Source: Flaccisagitta enflata (Eukaryota). Taken from it: a stretch of 64,000 bases of DNA. The position numbers and the translations under genes were made by a program. This document shows positions 61,366 to 64,000 of the stretch, piece after piece; the stretch's first letter is position 1, and each line of letters starts with the position of its first letter. Below the pieces are notes generated by a model, which worked only from the letters and a program-made list of their open reading frames with translations, ran no database searches and was not told where the DNA came from. The stretch lies in contig OZ231126.1 in NCBI GenBank assembly GCA_965153355.1, forward strand, positions 48,236,001-48,300,000, written 5' to 3'.

Positions 61366-63427
61366 TTTTAAAAACCGCTTAAAAAGTCTTAAAAACAAAA
61401 GATCACAGATGATCGTACAATTGTACCAAATTGTTTTTAAGTTTTTCTGATTTGGACCACAAAAATTACACTAAAAAAATTCTTTCATATGTATTTTAGT
61501 AAGACACATTTACACAAATTTCTTTTTTTGTTGGGGATTTTCCGCCTATCTTTGTGGCTATGGCACCCAAAACACAAAAAGTGGAATACCTCCTCAAATT
61601 TTCAATAAAATCACCTGATTTTTAGTGTGGTTGAAGTTTTAGGACTCAGGATTAAGCATATATTCATATTCCAAACTTCACTTTTGTTAGTCAAGATTTA
61701 GAGTTTTGATGGTCCAAAGTTTCAAAAAACGCCAATTTTTCAACAATTTGGGCCACGAGGCTGGCATTTGAGTTTCGAGGCGAAGATTTTGGGTGGAGAC
61801 TTGGATTACAGTCTTGAGGATAAGATGGGCCTTGAGAGTTGAGACTGCGATTTTAGCCCTGAGGTTTGTATTTGAGCCTCACAGCCGTAATCACAGCCTC
61901 AAAGCTGGGATTTGGGTTTCATAGCTAGGATTTTGGCCTCACGGCAGGTTTTTGTGCCTGCCTTATACTAGGGCTTGGAACTAGAAGCCAAAACTTGAAT
62001 AATGAGGGGGGGGAGATCCTGAAAGATAGAAGATGGAGAAGAGAGACAAAAATCCTCCACATGTGAAACCATTCGGGGCTGCTGCTCAAAACGGATTAAA
62101 GAATATAGTTTTACGTATTCGGAATTCGCAAAAAAAAGATCAACTTCTGCGATAAGCATACGTCAGATAGCCGAGAATAAATCGAAATCGAACGTTTGAG
62201 TAAATCTAACAATTCAGCTCATTACTTGTGCCACTACCATTTAAAGTCGCTGGCTAAGCGACTCTATAAGAGGCTGTGTCTGTCCAAAGATCCGTAACGT
62301 GAAATTTCGGATGACGCGATATCGGCTGAAATACTGATTTCTGAGCATCACGGCCCCTGCCCAGCCATAATACAGCCCCGCCCACCCTCATTCTGCTCCT
62401 GCTCAGCGACTGCTTATTGGCCGTGTATCCGGCCTTGTTGACATGGTAGAGATGAAAAGAATCTTATGTAAGATACACCCAAAAATACACTTATTATTTA
62501 AACATTCATTATATCGATTGGAAGTTAGTTTTTAGTTCGTTGCACCTCATGAGGGTTGGTAAAAAAAATAACGTAAGGGTTTTTTTTTCAATCACTTTTG
62601 AAGATACCCTGTCATCAAATACAACTGCAACGAGAGAAACCTTTATTGTGCTTAAAATATTCATGTTGCAAAATTCTGCTCTGTATCATCTGAAAACACA
62701 TAGCCTATGGTTTTTTCATGCAAAATTTCAAAGCACTAGCTCTTGCTGTTTGGTTTCTACATGAATTACAGATTTGACCTTAAAAACATCATTTTCAAGC
62801 AATTTTTCATGTAACAAGACCGTATACACGGCCATCAGTTGCGGACGGGTGGGCAGGGGCGGATATGCGCGTTTTCCCACTTTTCGACTCGTGTCCACGG
62901 ACCGACCAACCGACCGACCGACCGACCGACGGACGGACAAAGCCTCTTATAGAGTTGCGTGTCCGCAACTAAAAACTGTTCTATTTTTGTAAAAATTAAA
63001 TAAAAAAGATTAGATTTGTCAAGAATACTTGTGTATATTGATTTTTGGCATTTTTTTAAATCTTTTTAACAATTGAAGATAATTGAGTTTACATTGAAAT
63101 GTTTTGCTATTTCACTATATTTTTTATCATAGCTTTTTAGATGCGTCATCGCATCTCTATAAGAGGGTCCGTCTGTCCGTCCGTCCGTCCGTCCGTCCGT
63201 CCGTCCGTCCGTCTGTCCGTTACGCCTCTTCTGATATCACGCAGATGACGCATCGAGTTGCCCGCCTGGGCTTGTTATGATTAATTTGCACCATCAGGGT
63301 CATGAAACCACTGAAGTTGGTGGCGATCATTTCAGGTCAACTAGCGTCAAGCTCTGGGCGACTGTGTGTTGTACACCGTCTTTAGATTGATTTGAAATAA
63401 CCAAAACCTTGATAACTCCTAAACTAC

Positions 63428-63560
63428 TGGATTGTGTGACAGACATTCGGAGAATTCTCGCTGTGTGAATGACACTGGAGAATTCTAGGATATGTGACAG
63501 ACATTCAGAAAATTCTGGCTGTGTGACAGACACTGGAGAATTCTAGGATGTGTGACAGAT
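63428..63560 (+). repeat. ~29-bp tandem repeat, 4-5 copies
   Basis: TGTGTGACAGACA(C/T)T..AGAATTCT recurs. Confidence 0.75.
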
Positions 63561-64000
63561 GCACTATGTTCCCAGAGGGCGTCACCTCAAGACAAAAAAA
63601 ATTATGCTGGCACTTTTGACCTAAATAAACGGCTGAAACTAGTACAGTTGCTTAACCTGAGCAAGAAAACATATAGTTTTACCTGCGTCATAGCTAATCC
63701 AATTCCTCTTTTTGCCCCTTGAAGTTAACTACTTCTCTCAAATCAAAATGCGGCAAAAAATGTTTTTTTTATTTCATATGGTACTATTCAAGAATTGAAA
63801 AATGGTACTTATGATAAGAAGGAGGATGTCAAATCTTTAGCAAAGGTTCAGGATTGATTGAATACGCCATGTGTAAAATTTTGTAAGCCTGCTTCAAAAT
63901 TTGTAGGACCTATTAAAAAAAAACTCCCATAATTCCAATCTCAGATGAAAAAAATCTTGTCCATTCAGAGCCTTCAAAATGTTGAACCTACTGAGTTCAA

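Overview
Repeat-rich animal (probably invertebrate) nuclear DNA with spliceosomal genes. Most ORFs in the track are microsatellite or repeat artefacts. I rebuilt three multi-exon genes by hand from GT-AG sites and phase continuity. (1) A minus-strand striated-type myosin II heavy chain: TATA box near 16013, two non-coding exons and 11 coding exons from 14795 to 8629. It stops after the first IQ motif, with no neck or rod exons visible in the remaining 8.6 kb. (2) A plus-strand orphan, low-complexity acidic gene (~21534-36795). (3) A complete minus-strand TMC (transmembrane channel-like) gene of 18 exons and ~1341 aa (57914-36912), whose frame requires an 8-nt microexon. The rest is a dense nest of non-autonomous DNA elements: hAT-, Mutator- and Tc1-type MITEs with readable TSDs, Helentron/DINE-1-like (HINE) elements, and Tc1 transposase remnants. 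The best leads are a 3.55-kb hAT-like element inside a coding exon that appears able to splice out in frame (introner-like), the apparently tail-less myosin II, the TMC microexon beside a 600-bp hairpin intron, and duplications of an element plus its 3' flank that copy host splice sites. All models are manual and unverified by transcripts or database searches.
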